From assembly GCA_964597145.1 (NCBI GenBank), contig CAZQWH010000002.1, positions 113,232-177,231 of the forward strand: DNA of 64,000 nucleotides, written 5' to 3'. The stretch's first letter is position 1; every line of letters starts with the position of its first letter. Under the pieces are notes generated by a model. The model had not been told where the DNA came from. It worked only from the letters and a program-made list of their open reading frames with translations, and did no database searches. Below, in pieces: positions 48,027 through 58,881 of the stretch. The DNA comes from an uncultured Candidatus Saccharibacteria bacterium (GTDB lineage: Bacteria; Patescibacteriota; CAZHWT01). Made by a program: the position numbers and the translations under genes.

Positions 48027-50675
48027 TTAAATCGACGTATTGTCTTCATTGAGCTCAACTGTCGATCCAGGCTTAATTTCACCACTCAACATCCGCTTGG
48101 CCAGCATATTTTCCACTTTATCTTGAATCAGGTGGCGCAATGGCCGGGCACCGTAAACCGGATCATAGCCAGACTCGGCAATTTTCTTCACTAAGCCCTC
48201 ACTAATAGTGAGAGTAATATTTTTTTGGGCGATGGTTTGGGCAATTTCGTCAAACATTAATTTGACCACCTGGATTGTCTCGGTTAATTGCAGCGGCTTA
48301 AACACCACAATATCATCGAAGCGATTTAAAAACTCAGGGCGGAAGAACTTCTGAGATAGTAATTCTTTGACTGCGGGAGTGATTTGATCCGCGGTATAAC
48401 CCTGCTGAATTGCCGATTGAATGGAGCGCGAACCCGCATTAGACGTGGCGATAATAATGGTGCTATTAAAGTTAGAGGTACGCCCTATGCTATCAGTTAA
48501 ACGACCATCATCAAAAACTTGTAAAAAAATATCGGCTATATGTGGATGAGCTTTCTCTAATTCATCAAGTAGTATGACTGTGTATGGGTTATTATGCACA
48601 GCCGTTGTAAGGTAGCCACCTTCTTCATATCCAACCTGACCTGGCGGAGGCCCAATGAGCTTATTAACACTATCTGGGGCTTGATACTCACTCATGTCGA
48701 GACGAATCATGGCTTCTTCAGAGCCAAAGTAACTTTGAGCAATGGTTTTAGCTAGAGCAGTTTTACCCGATCCGGTTGGGCCAACAAACAAAAATACAGC
48801 CATTGGGCGCTTATCGTCCCGCAGGCCAGCTCGGGACCGACGTAAAGCATCAGCTACCGAGTTAACTGCTTCATCTTGACCAACAATTCGCTGGTGTAGT
48901 AACTGTTCAAGATTCATCAGCTTAGTGGCTTCATCTTCACTAACGGAAGCAACTGGAATCCCAGTTTTTTGCGATACAACTTCAGCTACATCTTCAGCCG
49001 TAGCCGTCGACTTTTTGCGTTGGGCAACATAGGCAGCTACCTCATCAATTAAGTCAATTGCTTTTTCGGGTAAGACACGGTCATGAATGTATCGAGTCGA
49101 CAATTCAACGGCGGCCTGGATGGCCGGCATGGTAATTTGAACACCCTGTTTTTTCTCAAAGGCTGGAGTGAACTCCTGTAGAATTTCGGCAGCTAATTCA
49201 GGCGTAGGCTCTTCTATGGCTACCGATTGGAAATGTTGGGCAAAGCTAGCTTCAGGTTCAATATGGCGATGATAGGCAGCGACAGTCGTTGACCCAATAA
49301 TCCGCAAAGCACCCGATTCAATATATGGAGTAAGGATGGCTTTAACGTCGATGGTGCCAATTCCATCTTGGCGAACTAAATTCTCAATTGCATCAATAAA
49401 TAATATAGTTTTACCCGCAGTTAACTCCGAGAGTGACTTGTTCAACAAAGTGCCAATATCGGTCGGAGATTTAGCTGCCGAAAGTAGACGAGCTAAATCT
49501 AGTTGGATAACCCGACTTTCAGCCAAAGCCGGTGATATAGTAGATTGGAGTATAGCCTGGGCAATCCCGTCAACAATCGAACTTTTACCAATTCCCGGCT
49601 CGCCAATCAGGAGCGCATTATTTTTTGTCGCTCTCTCTAGAATCTGCACCACCTGTCCAATTTCCTGCTCACGACCAATAATATAAGGTACCTGACCCGA
49701 CGCGACCTGGGCAGTAATATCGTACGAAAATTGTTTCATCGTTGGCGTCCAACCACTCGTCCAGCCTTGATCTACACCACTCTGGCGCCGGAAGTTTTCA
49801 TCGCGCCACCACTGCCATCCTCCCCGATGACGGTTCTCCGTCTCTATCCACTCTACCGCCTGGGATAACTCTTCTAACCGAACTCCCAAGTCGGCTAAGA
49901 TTTGGGCAACTAATGGGCTGACCGTCACCAGACCTAAAAATAAATCTGGCGTGCTAATATACTGGTGGCGGTGATGTAGAGCCTGTTTAATCGCAGCGTC
50001 GGCTAAATCATCAAGTGCCACAACCTGGCTTTGCTTGGCCGACTGCTGGCTAATCCTGCTCACCAATTGCTCATCGGTTAATTCCATCCGTTTAAATAAT
50101 TTTAATACTTCAGGGTCATCGGCTAGTGAGCGCGTTAACAACCCTGTCGAGAAAGAGGGGGGGAGGCCACGTAAAATTTTCCGAGCTCGACCCGATGCAT
50201 ATTCTCGCAATTCAATACCTGTTGGTAAAGCCGGAGGCAAACCTTCCTCGGCCTCATCCATTAACTGCTGCAAGGTTCGCTTGGGTTGCAAGACATAGCC
50301 TAACCAGTAGGCACAAAAGGCAGCTAGGGTAAGGCACAGACCCCACAACACCTCCCAGCCCCCAGCTCGAATGCCAATAAAAAAACTAAATGGCCAAGCT
50401 AGCCACAACCCATATCCAACCACCAAAACTAACCCAACCACCACTACAACCACACCTCCAACAGCCACCAGGATCAAGCGCAAAACAAAACCCATGAAGC
50501 GGCCAACTGCTGTGCGGTCATTGTGGTACGGGGCAAATAAGGCTTTCAGCTGTGAAAGTAAGGCAGTTCGATCAAGGGCAATTAATAAAGTGCGCGAAGC
50601 GACAAGCCACCACCATTTTGACTGAGCCAAAAACCACCACTGCGGAAAATGTAAAAAATAGGTTAGGGCAGGCAT
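48027..50675 (-). CDS. ClpA/ClpB-family AAA+ ATPase with N-terminal TM region
   Basis: GEPGIGKS, GPTGSGKT, RLDMSEYQ, LLDELEKAH, FRPEFLNR, GARPLR. Confidence 0.9.
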   Translation of the reverse strand: MPALTYFLHFPQWWFLAQSKWWWLVASRTLLIALDRTALLSQLKALFAPYHNDRTAVGRFMGFVLRLILVAVGGVVVVVVGLVLVVGYGLWLAWPFSFFIGIRAGGWEVLWGLCLTLAAFCAYWLGYVLQPKRTLQQLMDEAEEGLPPALPTGIELREYASGRARKILRGLPPSFSTGLLTRSLADDPEVLKLFKRMELTDEQLVSRISQQSAKQSQVVALDDLADAAIKQALHHRHQYISTPDLFLGLVTVSPLVAQILADLGVRLEELSQAVEWIETENRHRGGWQWWRDENFRRQSGVDQGWTSGWTPTMKQFSYDITAQVASGQVPYIIGREQEIGQVVQILERATKNNALLIGEPGIGKSSIVDGIAQAILQSTISPALAESRVIQLDLARLLSAAKSPTDIGTLLNKSLSELTAGKTILFIDAIENLVRQDGIGTIDVKAILTPYIESGALRIIGSTTVAAYHRHIEPEASFAQHFQSVAIEEPTPELAAEILQEFTPAFEKKQGVQITMPAIQAAVELSTRYIHDRVLPEKAIDLIDEVAAYVAQRKKSTATAEDVAEVVSQKTGIPVASVSEDEATKLMNLEQLLHQRIVGQDEAVNSVADALRRSRAGLRDDKRPMAVFLFVGPTGSGKTALAKTIAQSYFGSEEAMIRLDMSEYQAPDSVNKLIGPPPGQVGYEEGGYLTTAVHNNPYTVILLDELEKAHPHIADIFLQVFDDGRLTDSIGRTSNFNSTIIIATSNAGSRSIQSAIQQGYTADQITPAVKELLSQKFFRPEFLNRFDDIVVFKPLQLTETIQVVKLMFDEIAQTIAQKNITLTISEGLVKKIAESGYDPVYGARPLRHLIQDKVENMLAKRMLSGEIKPGSTVELNEDNTSI

Positions 50676-50862
50676 AACAATAAAGGTATAGATTCCACGT
50701 TGCACGCTAACTTGAAACGAATCTGTCAGCAATTAAACGCATGGCCTACAACGTATTTCACTTCTCACATTGTACTGAGGTGCACTCATCTGTGCAAGCT
50801 CAATCTAACCAAAAGCACCAGGCAAATTCTTCAAATCCACATGGAGTAATAGCTGCAGCTAA

Positions 50863-51519
50863 CTAGTGCTTTCCCAAAAATTTCAAACGAAATCCGCGAC
50901 GATGAAGAGGGGAGAGGCCATGGATTTTGATTGCCTGTTGATGAGTAGCTGTTCCATACCCTTTGTGCTGGTCAAAATGATACTGAGGAAACCGTGCGGC
51001 CAGGTCTGTCATTAATTGGTCTCGATGTACTTTGGCAATAATTGAAGCGGCTGCAATTGAGGCGACCAAGCTATCACCTTTAACCACCGCCAACTGCCGA
51101 CTGTCTTCGATTTGAGGATGGTTAAAACCATCAATCAGTACAAAATCCGGCACAAGATCAAGTCGCGCTAAAGCCCGACTCATTGCTAAAAAATTTGCGG
51201 GGCCAATACCCAACTGATTTATTTCCTCAACCTCAGCCAGACCAATAGCTGCCTGGGTAGCGACCAACCGGATTTGATCATTGAGTTGTAGCCTTTGCCT
51301 AGCAGACAACTTCTTGGAATCTCGAAGCAGCCGAGGCAGTACAAGGGTATTTTGGCCAGCCGAAAGTTGGCCATAACAGACACTCTGGCGAGGAAGTTGA
51401 ACCGCTGCTGCTACCACGGGGCCAGCCCATGCACCACGTCCCACTTCGTCTACGCCAACCACCACCTCACATCCTTCATCCCACGCACGTTGCTCGTAAT
51501 CTAAATTAGGCTGGATCAT
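50863..51519 (-). CDS. rnhB: Ribonuclease HII
   Basis: GVDEVGRGAWAGP, DSKKL, KGD, IAAASIIAKV, HKGYGT. Confidence 0.96.
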   Translation of the reverse strand: MIQPNLDYEQRAWDEGCEVVVGVDEVGRGAWAGPVVAAAVQLPRQSVCYGQLSAGQNTLVLPRLLRDSKKLSARQRLQLNDQIRLVATQAAIGLAEVEEINQLGIGPANFLAMSRALARLDLVPDFVLIDGFNHPQIEDSRQLAVVKGDSLVASIAAASIIAKVHRDQLMTDLAARFPQYHFDQHKGYGTATHQQAIKIHGLSPLHRRGFRLKFLGKH

Positions 51520-53465
51520 AAACCAGGAGAGGGTATCGGTGAAGGGGTAGGAGTGGTACTAACATAGCCACGAGGCAAGCGATCGATGTACTTGTGAGCA
51601 CGGTCAAGCTTAATCGGATCATAACTGGGGAACTCTTTGACAGGCATGCCCTGAGTTGCAAAGGTCATAAAGTCGTGCCACAAAGGGGCGGCAACATTAA
51701 TGCCATCTGCCCGAGGATTAAGATCTCTTCCCGAAGTATTACCCGCCCAAACGGTTGTAAGCAGGTCGGTGGTATAACCAATTGTCCAAGCATCCTTTGG
51801 ACCCGAAGTGGTGCCGGTTTTGGCAGCTGCCGGACGATTGGCCAAAGTATAGTTAGTAAAATACTCACCTCCATAGACCTGGCGCTTGAGTGTATAGTCA
51901 GAAATGACATCACTAACCGCAGCCACGGCTTGCTGGTTAAGAATCTGCCTAGTGGCCAGGGTGCCACTATTATCGAGCAAAACCTTTCCATGGCGATCTA
52001 CCACCTTTAACAGGGGTGAAAGGGTAATTTGCTTACCTCCATTAGCCAGGGTCGCATAGGCTTGGGTCATATCAAGCGGAGTAACTTCCACGGCCCCTAG
52101 CGCTAACGGCAGGGTGTAATTATAACCGGTAATAATGGGAAAACCCATCTTCGCCATATTCTGTGTAGCCGCGTCAATGCCTACTCCGCGCATAACTCGT
52201 ACCGCCGGAATGTTCAACGAAGAAACCAACGCTTGACGCAAGGTAACATAGCGCCCACTGGCTCCACCGCCATAGTTAGTCGGCTTATAACCGCCACCAA
52301 AATCTTCAACCATATCCAGCACATATGTATCGGGTGAATACGCCTGACTAAAAGCAGTGTAATATAGTAACGGTTTAATCGTACTGCCTGGTTGACGATC
52401 AGAAGTATTCATGTCAACTTGGGATATCGCAAAATCAGCTCCACCAACATATGCTAGGATTTGGCCAGTCTTAGGGTTGGCCGAAATCAGTGCAGCGTTT
52501 GAAGCCTGCCATTCTTTGGTATTACGAGCCACCTGCTCAGCCAACATAATTTCGGCTTGCTGTTGCAGTTTGGGATTCAAAGTAGTTTGCACACTCAAAC
52601 CTCCATTAACCACCTCTTGGCCAAAAGTCTCTTCAAGTAAATTGCGGACATAAAACGAGAAAAAGGGATACTTTAAAACCGCCGAACGAGGTTTAAACTC
52701 AACTACTTCGGATAAGGCTGCAGCATAATCGGACGCCGTGAGAAAACCAAACTCCTTCATTCGACTCAACACCAGATGCTGCCGCGTTGTTAAACCGTCA
52801 TAATTAGCATAAGGATCTAAGGTAGATGGAGCATTAATCAGCGCGGCAATATAAGCCCCTTGGGCTGTGGATAATTCACGAACAGGTACACCAAAATATT
52901 CTTGGGCAGCTGCGCCCAAGCCGACCAGCTCACCGCCAACCGGAACTTCATTAAGATACCGTTCTAAAATCTCATCTTTAGAGTACTGTCGGGTCATAAC
53001 GATAGAGATCATAATTTCACGAAACTTACGCCAGATGGTATTTTCTTTCGATACCACTAACTGCTGGGCGAGCTGCTGGGTTATAGTAGAACCACCTTGA
53101 AGCAATTGATCTTGGCGCACATCAACAGCCGCGGCACGAATTAAGCTCTTAATCGAAAATCCAGGGTTAGTGTAAAAAGTGCGATCTTCGGCAGCTAAAA
53201 AAGCATTAATAACTGGCCGCGGAACGTCTTGTATTGAAATAGTGCGCCGTTTGGCTGCCCCAATCTCGTAAATAAGCTGTCCTGTCCGGTCATATATCTT
53301 AGTGCTTTCAATTGGGGCAGCAGAAATATCGGGCAAGTCTTCTGCCGCAAATGCCTGTTGACCAACATACTCAACAGCCTTCCCCAGAACAATATACCCA
53401 AAACCAACTCCAGCACAGATTAAAATAAATAAGGTTACAATTACCGAAAATCGGGATAGCGACAT
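51516..53465 (-). CDS. Class A penicillin-binding protein
   Basis: AAEDRTF, GGSTITQQL, RQPGSTIKP, SLN, KTGT. Confidence 0.93.
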   Translation of the reverse strand: MSLSRFSVIVTLFILICAGVGFGYIVLGKAVEYVGQQAFAAEDLPDISAAPIESTKIYDRTGQLIYEIGAAKRRTISIQDVPRPVINAFLAAEDRTFYTNPGFSIKSLIRAAAVDVRQDQLLQGGSTITQQLAQQLVVSKENTIWRKFREIMISIVMTRQYSKDEILERYLNEVPVGGELVGLGAAAQEYFGVPVRELSTAQGAYIAALINAPSTLDPYANYDGLTTRQHLVLSRMKEFGFLTASDYAAALSEVVEFKPRSAVLKYPFFSFYVRNLLEETFGQEVVNGGLSVQTTLNPKLQQQAEIMLAEQVARNTKEWQASNAALISANPKTGQILAYVGGADFAISQVDMNTSDRQPGSTIKPLLYYTAFSQAYSPDTYVLDMVEDFGGGYKPTNYGGGASGRYVTLRQALVSSLNIPAVRVMRGVGIDAATQNMAKMGFPIITGYNYTLPLALGAVEVTPLDMTQAYATLANGGKQITLSPLLKVVDRHGKVLLDNSGTLATRQILNQQAVAAVSDVISDYTLKRQVYGGEYFTNYTLANRPAAAKTGTTSGPKDAWTIGYTTDLLTTVWAGNTSGRDLNPRADGINVAAPLWHDFMTFATQGMPVKEFPSYDPIKLDRAHKYIDRLPRGYVSTTPTPSPIPSPGL

Positions 53466-53500
53466 AAAAACAGTTGAATGGTAAAGCTACTCGCTACAAG

Positions 53501-53722
53501 TTAACCAAATAACCCAGGAAAGCGAGAGTAAATGACAAAACCAACAAAAGCGATCAGGAGAAGTAGCGAAATAAGAAAGCCAATAGCAAAACCAACCCCC
53601 ATGGCGATGCCAAACCAAACGCCGTGGGTGAGCCGGACGGTTAAATTAGTGGAAGGAAGATGAGCACCTGGCTTCTCTTTAGCCAACTCTTCCCAATGAC
53701 TTGAGGGCTTCTCTTGTGCCAT
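53501..53722 (-). CDS. Small membrane protein
   Basis: Long C-terminal hydrophobic stretch; ATG 53722. Confidence 0.6.
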   Translation of the reverse strand: MAQEKPSSHWEELAKEKPGAHLPSTNLTVRLTHGVWFGIAMGVGFAIGFLISLLLLIAFVGFVIYSRFPGLFG

Positions 53723-53832
53723 AGAGATACATTGTATCACGCCCATTAAACGATATGTCGAGAGTTGAGCTCTAGTAAAAAGGTAACAGCTAACGAGGAG
53801 GAGGCCGTCCACTCATGGTACACTCATAAGCA

Positions 53833-54453
53833 ATGATTGTCCTCGATAAAGCCATTCAACATCTTCAGTTAGATCCGGTTATGGCTCAATTAGTTAGGCG
53901 TTATAACCCACCCGTCTGGAGGAAACCTGATGAGATTAATCTGTTCGCTGATGTGATTGGGTCAATTATCAGTCAGCAATTATCAGTTAAAGTGGCCGAT
54001 GTGATTGAAGCTAGGGTGTACAAACTCCTACCCGAAGCTGAGGTAACTCCAGAATTAATAGCCGCCTTAGATCCGGAATCTATCAGATCATGTGGAGTTT
54101 CGTACGCTAAAATCCGCTATATGAAAGCCGCCGCCGAAGCCGCATTGTCGGGCCAAGTTGTCTACCAGGAATTACTTCATAAGTCCGATGAGGAGGTCAT
54201 TGCCAATTTAGTCTCTATCCACGGAGTGGGGAAGTGGACCGCCGAAATGCTGCTCATCTCCAGCTTACACCGCCCAGATATATTTTCTGTAGGCGACTTA
54301 GGTTTGCGCACTGCAGTCTCACGATTATACGGGGTAGACCGAACCGACCTACCTGCAATCACCGATATTGCCCAACCCTGGTCGCCCTATCGCTCAATTG
54401 CCAGCAAGTATTTATGGAAAAGTTTAGATAATGAACCACGCCTAAAAATATAG
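53833..54453 (+). CDS. alkA: DNA-3-methyladenine glycosylase II family
   Basis: SIISQQLS, GVGKWTAEM (HhH), GDLGL, WSPYRSIA. Confidence 0.88.
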   Translation: MIVLDKAIQHLQLDPVMAQLVRRYNPPVWRKPDEINLFADVIGSIISQQLSVKVADVIEARVYKLLPEAEVTPELIAALDPESIRSCGVSYAKIRYMKAAAEAALSGQVVYQELLHKSDEEVIANLVSIHGVGKWTAEMLLISSLHRPDIFSVGDLGLRTAVSRLYGVDRTDLPAITDIAQPWSPYRSIASKYLWKSLDNEPRLKI

Positions 54454-54658
54454 AAGTGTGGAGAGAGGGGAGAGAATTATTCTCCAACCTATCTCCAAAG
54501 CACTTTTTAATTTTGGCCTCCCACCACACCACTCTCTAACCCAATTCTTTGACAAAAAACAGTAGGGGCCTAAACCTATCAATTGCTTCCATTTTCAAGT
54601 GAAACTTCAAATAAAAAGATAGACAATCCTTTCACATTATCCGATAATACAGCCTGCC

Positions 54659-55711
54659 ATGACTATCTATTCACAATCAGAAGTTAAAACTCGCACCAAT
54701 CAAATTATCCATAAGGTGCTACAACAACAGCGCTTACGGGCCGTCGAAGTACATGCAGCTTATGCTCAGCTGTGGCAAACCATTGATGACTTAATTATGG
54801 CTGGTGGCAAGCGAATGCGGCCATATTTAACCTATATAGCCCACACCCTATTTGCCGATACAAACAATAGCGATATTTTCACAATTGCAGCTGCCCAAGA
54901 ATTCCTGCATTTCGCCTTGTTAATTCACGATGACATTATTGATCGAGATACCATCCGCTATGGCCAGAAAAACATCATGGGACAGTATGAATCAATCTAT
55001 GCAGCAGCCAAGGATAATACCGACCATTTTGCGAGCGGTGCGGCCTTAATGGCTGGCGATCTAGCTCTAGCCCAGGCTTACGACCTCATTAATCAATCAG
55101 CACTCCCAGCATCTAAAAAATTTGAGACTATTCGCTATCTCAGCCAGTCAATCTTCTATGTGGCTGGCGGAGAGCTGTTAGATATGGAGGCAACTTTTCG
55201 CCAGCCATGCGCCGATTACTTTACCATCGCCCAGCATAAAACTGCGAGGTATTCATTCGTCGGACCACTCCTAACCGGAGCAAATATAGCCTCTGCGCCT
55301 GCATTATCCGTAACGCATCTAACTAAATTTGGGCTTAATTTAGGTATTGCCTATCAACTAGCAGATGACTTGCTCGGCCTATATGGCAACCAAGAGTCAA
55401 TTGGCAAACCAATTATTAGCGACCTCCGTGAAGGGAAGAAAACCCATTTATTTGAGGTAATTCAGCAATTAAGTAGCCCAGCCGATCATAAATATTTTTC
55501 TCAAGTCTGGGGCAATCCTCAGGTAACCGTACAAGATGTTAACCAAGTTCGGCAGATTGGTATACATACAGGCGCGAAAAGTAGGGTAGAGGAGCTAATG
55601 CGCCAATATGCCCGGCAGTCGCTGCAGTCACTAAACGACCTATCAGTAGCTTCAGATAGAACGCAGCCGTTACGACAGCTCGCAAATAAAGTGGTCAACC
55701 AAACATTTTAA
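54659..55711 (+). CDS. Polyprenyl diphosphate synthase
   Basis: GGKRMRP, LIHDDIID, KTARYS, YQLADDLLG, DLREGK. Confidence 0.92.
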   Translation: MTIYSQSEVKTRTNQIIHKVLQQQRLRAVEVHAAYAQLWQTIDDLIMAGGKRMRPYLTYIAHTLFADTNNSDIFTIAAAQEFLHFALLIHDDIIDRDTIRYGQKNIMGQYESIYAAAKDNTDHFASGAALMAGDLALAQAYDLINQSALPASKKFETIRYLSQSIFYVAGGELLDMEATFRQPCADYFTIAQHKTARYSFVGPLLTGANIASAPALSVTHLTKFGLNLGIAYQLADDLLGLYGNQESIGKPIISDLREGKKTHLFEVIQQLSSPADHKYFSQVWGNPQVTVQDVNQVRQIGIHTGAKSRVEELMRQYARQSLQSLNDLSVASDRTQPLRQLANKVVNQTF

Positions 55712-56155
55712 CTAGCCCCCAGCTAGAAGGTCGTGTTTTTGACATTTACGGCAAATTCCTTGAATCTCCAACTGATGCGAAACCAACCTGATTTGGTGCT
55801 TAATGGCTAATTGGTTGATTTGTTTCTCAATCACCTCGTCCTCAATCACCGCAATAATTCTCCCACACTCAGTGCAGGTAAGGTGGTGATGGTGATGGCT
55901 AAACGCTTCTGCCAATTCAATTTTATACTTCCAACCAATAGAAATACGATGAACTATTCCAAGTTGCTCAAACAACCTAATTGTCCGATATAAGCTAGCA
56001 CGATCAAGCTGGCTTTCAAGCTGACGGTAGAGGCTGCCAATATCAATTGGAGGTTGATGCCATAAACGTTGGAAGACAAGTAGCCGTCCAGCCGTTAAGC
56101 TATAGCCACGCTGCTTCAGTATAGCAATAAAGAGTTGCCTATCTTTTTCCTGCAT
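55712..56155 (-). CDS. zur: Fur-family regulator (probable Zur)
   Basis: ASLYRTI, HHHHLTCTECG, GICRKC; divergent from a Zn ABC transporter. Confidence 0.8.
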   Translation of the reverse strand: MQEKDRQLFIAILKQRGYSLTAGRLLVFQRLWHQPPIDIGSLYRQLESQLDRASLYRTIRLFEQLGIVHRISIGWKYKIELAEAFSHHHHHLTCTECGRIIAVIEDEVIEKQINQLAIKHQIRLVSHQLEIQGICRKCQKHDLLAGG

Positions 56156-56195
56156 GTTGCAAATATATCATATTTTTGCAACAAATTTGCAAAAA
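56155..56195. promoter_or_regulatory. Putative Zur operator
   Basis: TGTTGCAAA-N11-TTTGCAACA plus overlapping TGCAA-N5-TTGCA in the zur/znuA divergent gap. Confidence 0.6.
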
Positions 56196-56224
56196 TTAGA
56201 AGGTATTCCTACAATATACAAGCA

Positions 56225-57247
56225 ATGTCACAAACACCTGTAAATCAGCAACGCCGTAAGGCTCAGCGAAAGAAGCCAAGGTCGACCAGTCGGCGGAAAT
56301 ACTTATCGATACGGCAGTGGACTGGAGTTGGGCTAATTATCCTTCTGGTTGGGCTAGCTATCTGGTTTGGAATTCAACAAAAAATAACTGGAGCCGACTC
56401 CACTAATAAGCTCCAGGTCATGGCTAGCTTTTACCCAGTGTACGATTTAGCTCGTCAGGTTGGCGGGGATATGGCTGTAGTAAATAATGTAACACCTCCA
56501 GGGGCCGAAGCCCATGATTTTGAGCCTTCACCTAAAACCCTCGCTAAAGCTTACCAGTCCGATTTATTTATTTATCACGATGAGGCGATGGAGCCATGGG
56601 TATCAAAGTTTATTAAAGACTACCCCGGAACTATCGTGCGCACCATTAGCCACATCAATCTTCACACAACCAACGACGAGCATGCTCACACCACCGGGGA
56701 TGAAGATGAGCCTATGCAAACACAGATGTATGACCCTCATGTCTGGGTAGATCCCGTTTTGGCTAGTAAAATGGTGGAGACTATCTTGGCTGGTTTTATT
56801 GCCGCCGACCCCTCCCATCGCCTCGCCTACCAACAGAATGCCACAAATTTACAATCACAACTAGCTCAGCTCGATCGGGAGTTTCGTCAACAACTAGCAA
56901 CCTGCAAACAGCGCACCATTGTAACCTCGCACGCCGCCTATCACTATCTAGCCGATCGTTACAATTTAACTATTTTACCAATTTCCGGTCTCACCCCAAC
57001 CCAGGAACCAAGTGCTGGTAAGCTGGCTGAGCTTAGTAAATTAGTTGAAAAACAGCATATCTCAACTATATTTTTTGAAAGCCAGACTAATCCGGATCTA
57101 GCCCAAACACTGGCTCGAGAAACTGGAGCAAAAACTGCTATACTAGATCCGATAGAGGGGATCAACCAAGCGTCATCAGAGGAATCATATGTCAGTATTC
57201 AACAAAAAAACCTCGTCAATCTCAAAGCAGCACTCTCATGTAACTAA
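56225..57247 (+). CDS. znuA: Zinc ABC transporter substrate-binding protein
   Basis: ASFYP, EAHDFEPSP, His/acidic loop, DPHVW, SHAAY. Confidence 0.88.
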   Translation: MSQTPVNQQRRKAQRKKPRSTSRRKYLSIRQWTGVGLIILLVGLAIWFGIQQKITGADSTNKLQVMASFYPVYDLARQVGGDMAVVNNVTPPGAEAHDFEPSPKTLAKAYQSDLFIYHDEAMEPWVSKFIKDYPGTIVRTISHINLHTTNDEHAHTTGDEDEPMQTQMYDPHVWVDPVLASKMVETILAGFIAADPSHRLAYQQNATNLQSQLAQLDREFRQQLATCKQRTIVTSHAAYHYLADRYNLTILPISGLTPTQEPSAGKLAELSKLVEKQHISTIFFESQTNPDLAQTLARETGAKTAILDPIEGINQASSEESYVSIQQKNLVNLKAALSCN

Positions 57248-57968
57248 TCAACCCTTAATCAACGTGGATAAACTGACGGTTACACTGGGAGGGGTTAAAG
57301 TTGTGCAAAACGTCTCATTCGATATAAATGAAGGGGAATTTATTGGACTCATCGGCACAAACGGCTCGGGAAAGAGCAGCTTGTTGCGGGCAATGCTCGG
57401 TTTGCTACCACACACTGGCCGAGTCAACCAGCATATAACAGGATCGATCAGTTATGTGCAACAACGCGGCACTATCCAAAACCAACAAACACCTATAAGT
57501 GTCCGTGAAGTTGTGGAATTGGGATCAAAAGGGGATCACCAAGCTGCCGATGAAGCCTTGCAAGTGGTAGATATGCATCGATTTGCTTCAAGGTCATTTA
57601 GCCAACTATCCGGCGGTCAACAGCAAAAAGTATATATAGCCAAGGCCCTAGCCAGTAACCCTTGCTTATTAATTTTAGATGAGCCAACCACGGGGATCGA
57701 TGAACAATCACAAGTTGAATTTTATGCGCTACTCCAAAACCTACAACAGCAAGGTATCGCCATCCTCATGGTGTCACACAGCATCGATACCGTACTCCGT
57801 CTGGTAAAGCGGGTTATCTGCCTCAATCGAACCATTCTCTACGATGGGCCACCAGCTCATTTTGTCGCGGATAAATATATGCCCAAATATTACACCCAGC
57901 GTCACCGCACCATCCATCATTATCGCCGTGAACCATTCCTTGGTGCAAAGGAGTTGCTCCATGATTGA
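57189..57968 (+). CDS. znuC: Metal ABC transporter ATPase
   Basis: GTNGSGKS, LSGGQQQK, LDEPT. Confidence 0.88.
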   Translation: MSVFNKKTSSISKQHSHVTNQPLINVDKLTVTLGGVKVVQNVSFDINEGEFIGLIGTNGSGKSSLLRAMLGLLPHTGRVNQHITGSISYVQQRGTIQNQQTPISVREVVELGSKGDHQAADEALQVVDMHRFASRSFSQLSGGQQQKVYIAKALASNPCLLILDEPTTGIDEQSQVEFYALLQNLQQQGIAILMVSHSIDTVLRLVKRVICLNRTILYDGPPAHFVADKYMPKYYTQRHRTIHHYRREPFLGAKELLHD

Positions 57969-58755
57969 GCTGTTAAGCTATTCATTTATGGTCCGGGCCA
58001 TTTTAGCTGGATTAATAATTGCCATAATTATGCCGATTATAGGGAGCTTCTTAGTAGCTAAACGATACTCATTAATCGCCGACAGCTTAGCCCATGTTAG
58101 CCTGGCTGGAGTTGGAGCCGGGTTATTGTTAGGAACTACTCCCGTTATAGCTGCCATTCCCATAACCGCGATCGGAGCAGTCTTATTAGAGTGGTTACGT
58201 CAAAAACGGCGAATCAGCGGAGAGACCAGCCTAGCCATCCTTATGAGTGGTGGATTAGCGCTAGCAGTGGTCTTCGCTGGATTAGCTCACGGAGTGTCCA
58301 TCGACTTTAATAGCTATCTGTTCGGCAGCATCATTACCACGGGCTGGACAGACCTACTCATCTTAGCCATTGCCGCCATATTGTTGCTGATTGTGGTGCT
58401 TGGCAATTACCAGGGCTTGCTCTATGCCTCATTCGATGAAGATGGAGCAAAAATCGCCGGATACAAAGTAGGACTGCTTAGTTATGGTTTAGCGGTTGTA
58501 ACGGCAATCATGGTGGTACTATCGCTACGAATTGTCGGTGGACTATTAATTGGCGCTCTATTAGTTATTCCTATCGTGTCTGCCAGCCAGTTCGCCCGCA
58601 GTTTCCGCCAAACCATTTGGCTTGGCATTTTGTTTTCAATCTTATCTGTTATTTCTGGATTAATTATAGCTTTTTATGCTGGGCTGGCAGCTGGGGGGGC
58701 AATTGTCTTAGCCGCAATTACTATTCTCATTTTATCCATACTCCTAAAAAAGTAA
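57961..58755 (+). CDS. znuB: Metal ABC transporter permease
   Basis: DSLAHVSLAG, SYLFGSI, SFDEDGA, VGGLLI. Confidence 0.88.
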   Translation: MIELLSYSFMVRAILAGLIIAIIMPIIGSFLVAKRYSLIADSLAHVSLAGVGAGLLLGTTPVIAAIPITAIGAVLLEWLRQKRRISGETSLAILMSGGLALAVVFAGLAHGVSIDFNSYLFGSIITTGWTDLLILAIAAILLLIVVLGNYQGLLYASFDEDGAKIAGYKVGLLSYGLAVVTAIMVVLSLRIVGGLLIGALLVIPIVSASQFARSFRQTIWLGILFSILSVISGLIIAFYAGLAAGGAIVLAAITILILSILLKK

Positions 58756-58881
58756 CCACCACACCACACCAAGTTGTTTATAGCTGCTTGCCTAAATTTT
58801 AACTGATTTGATATACTAAACTGCGTTTGTGTTGTCTGACGGTCAGATGTAAAACACATACAACAAAGGAGTTGAGTCCAA

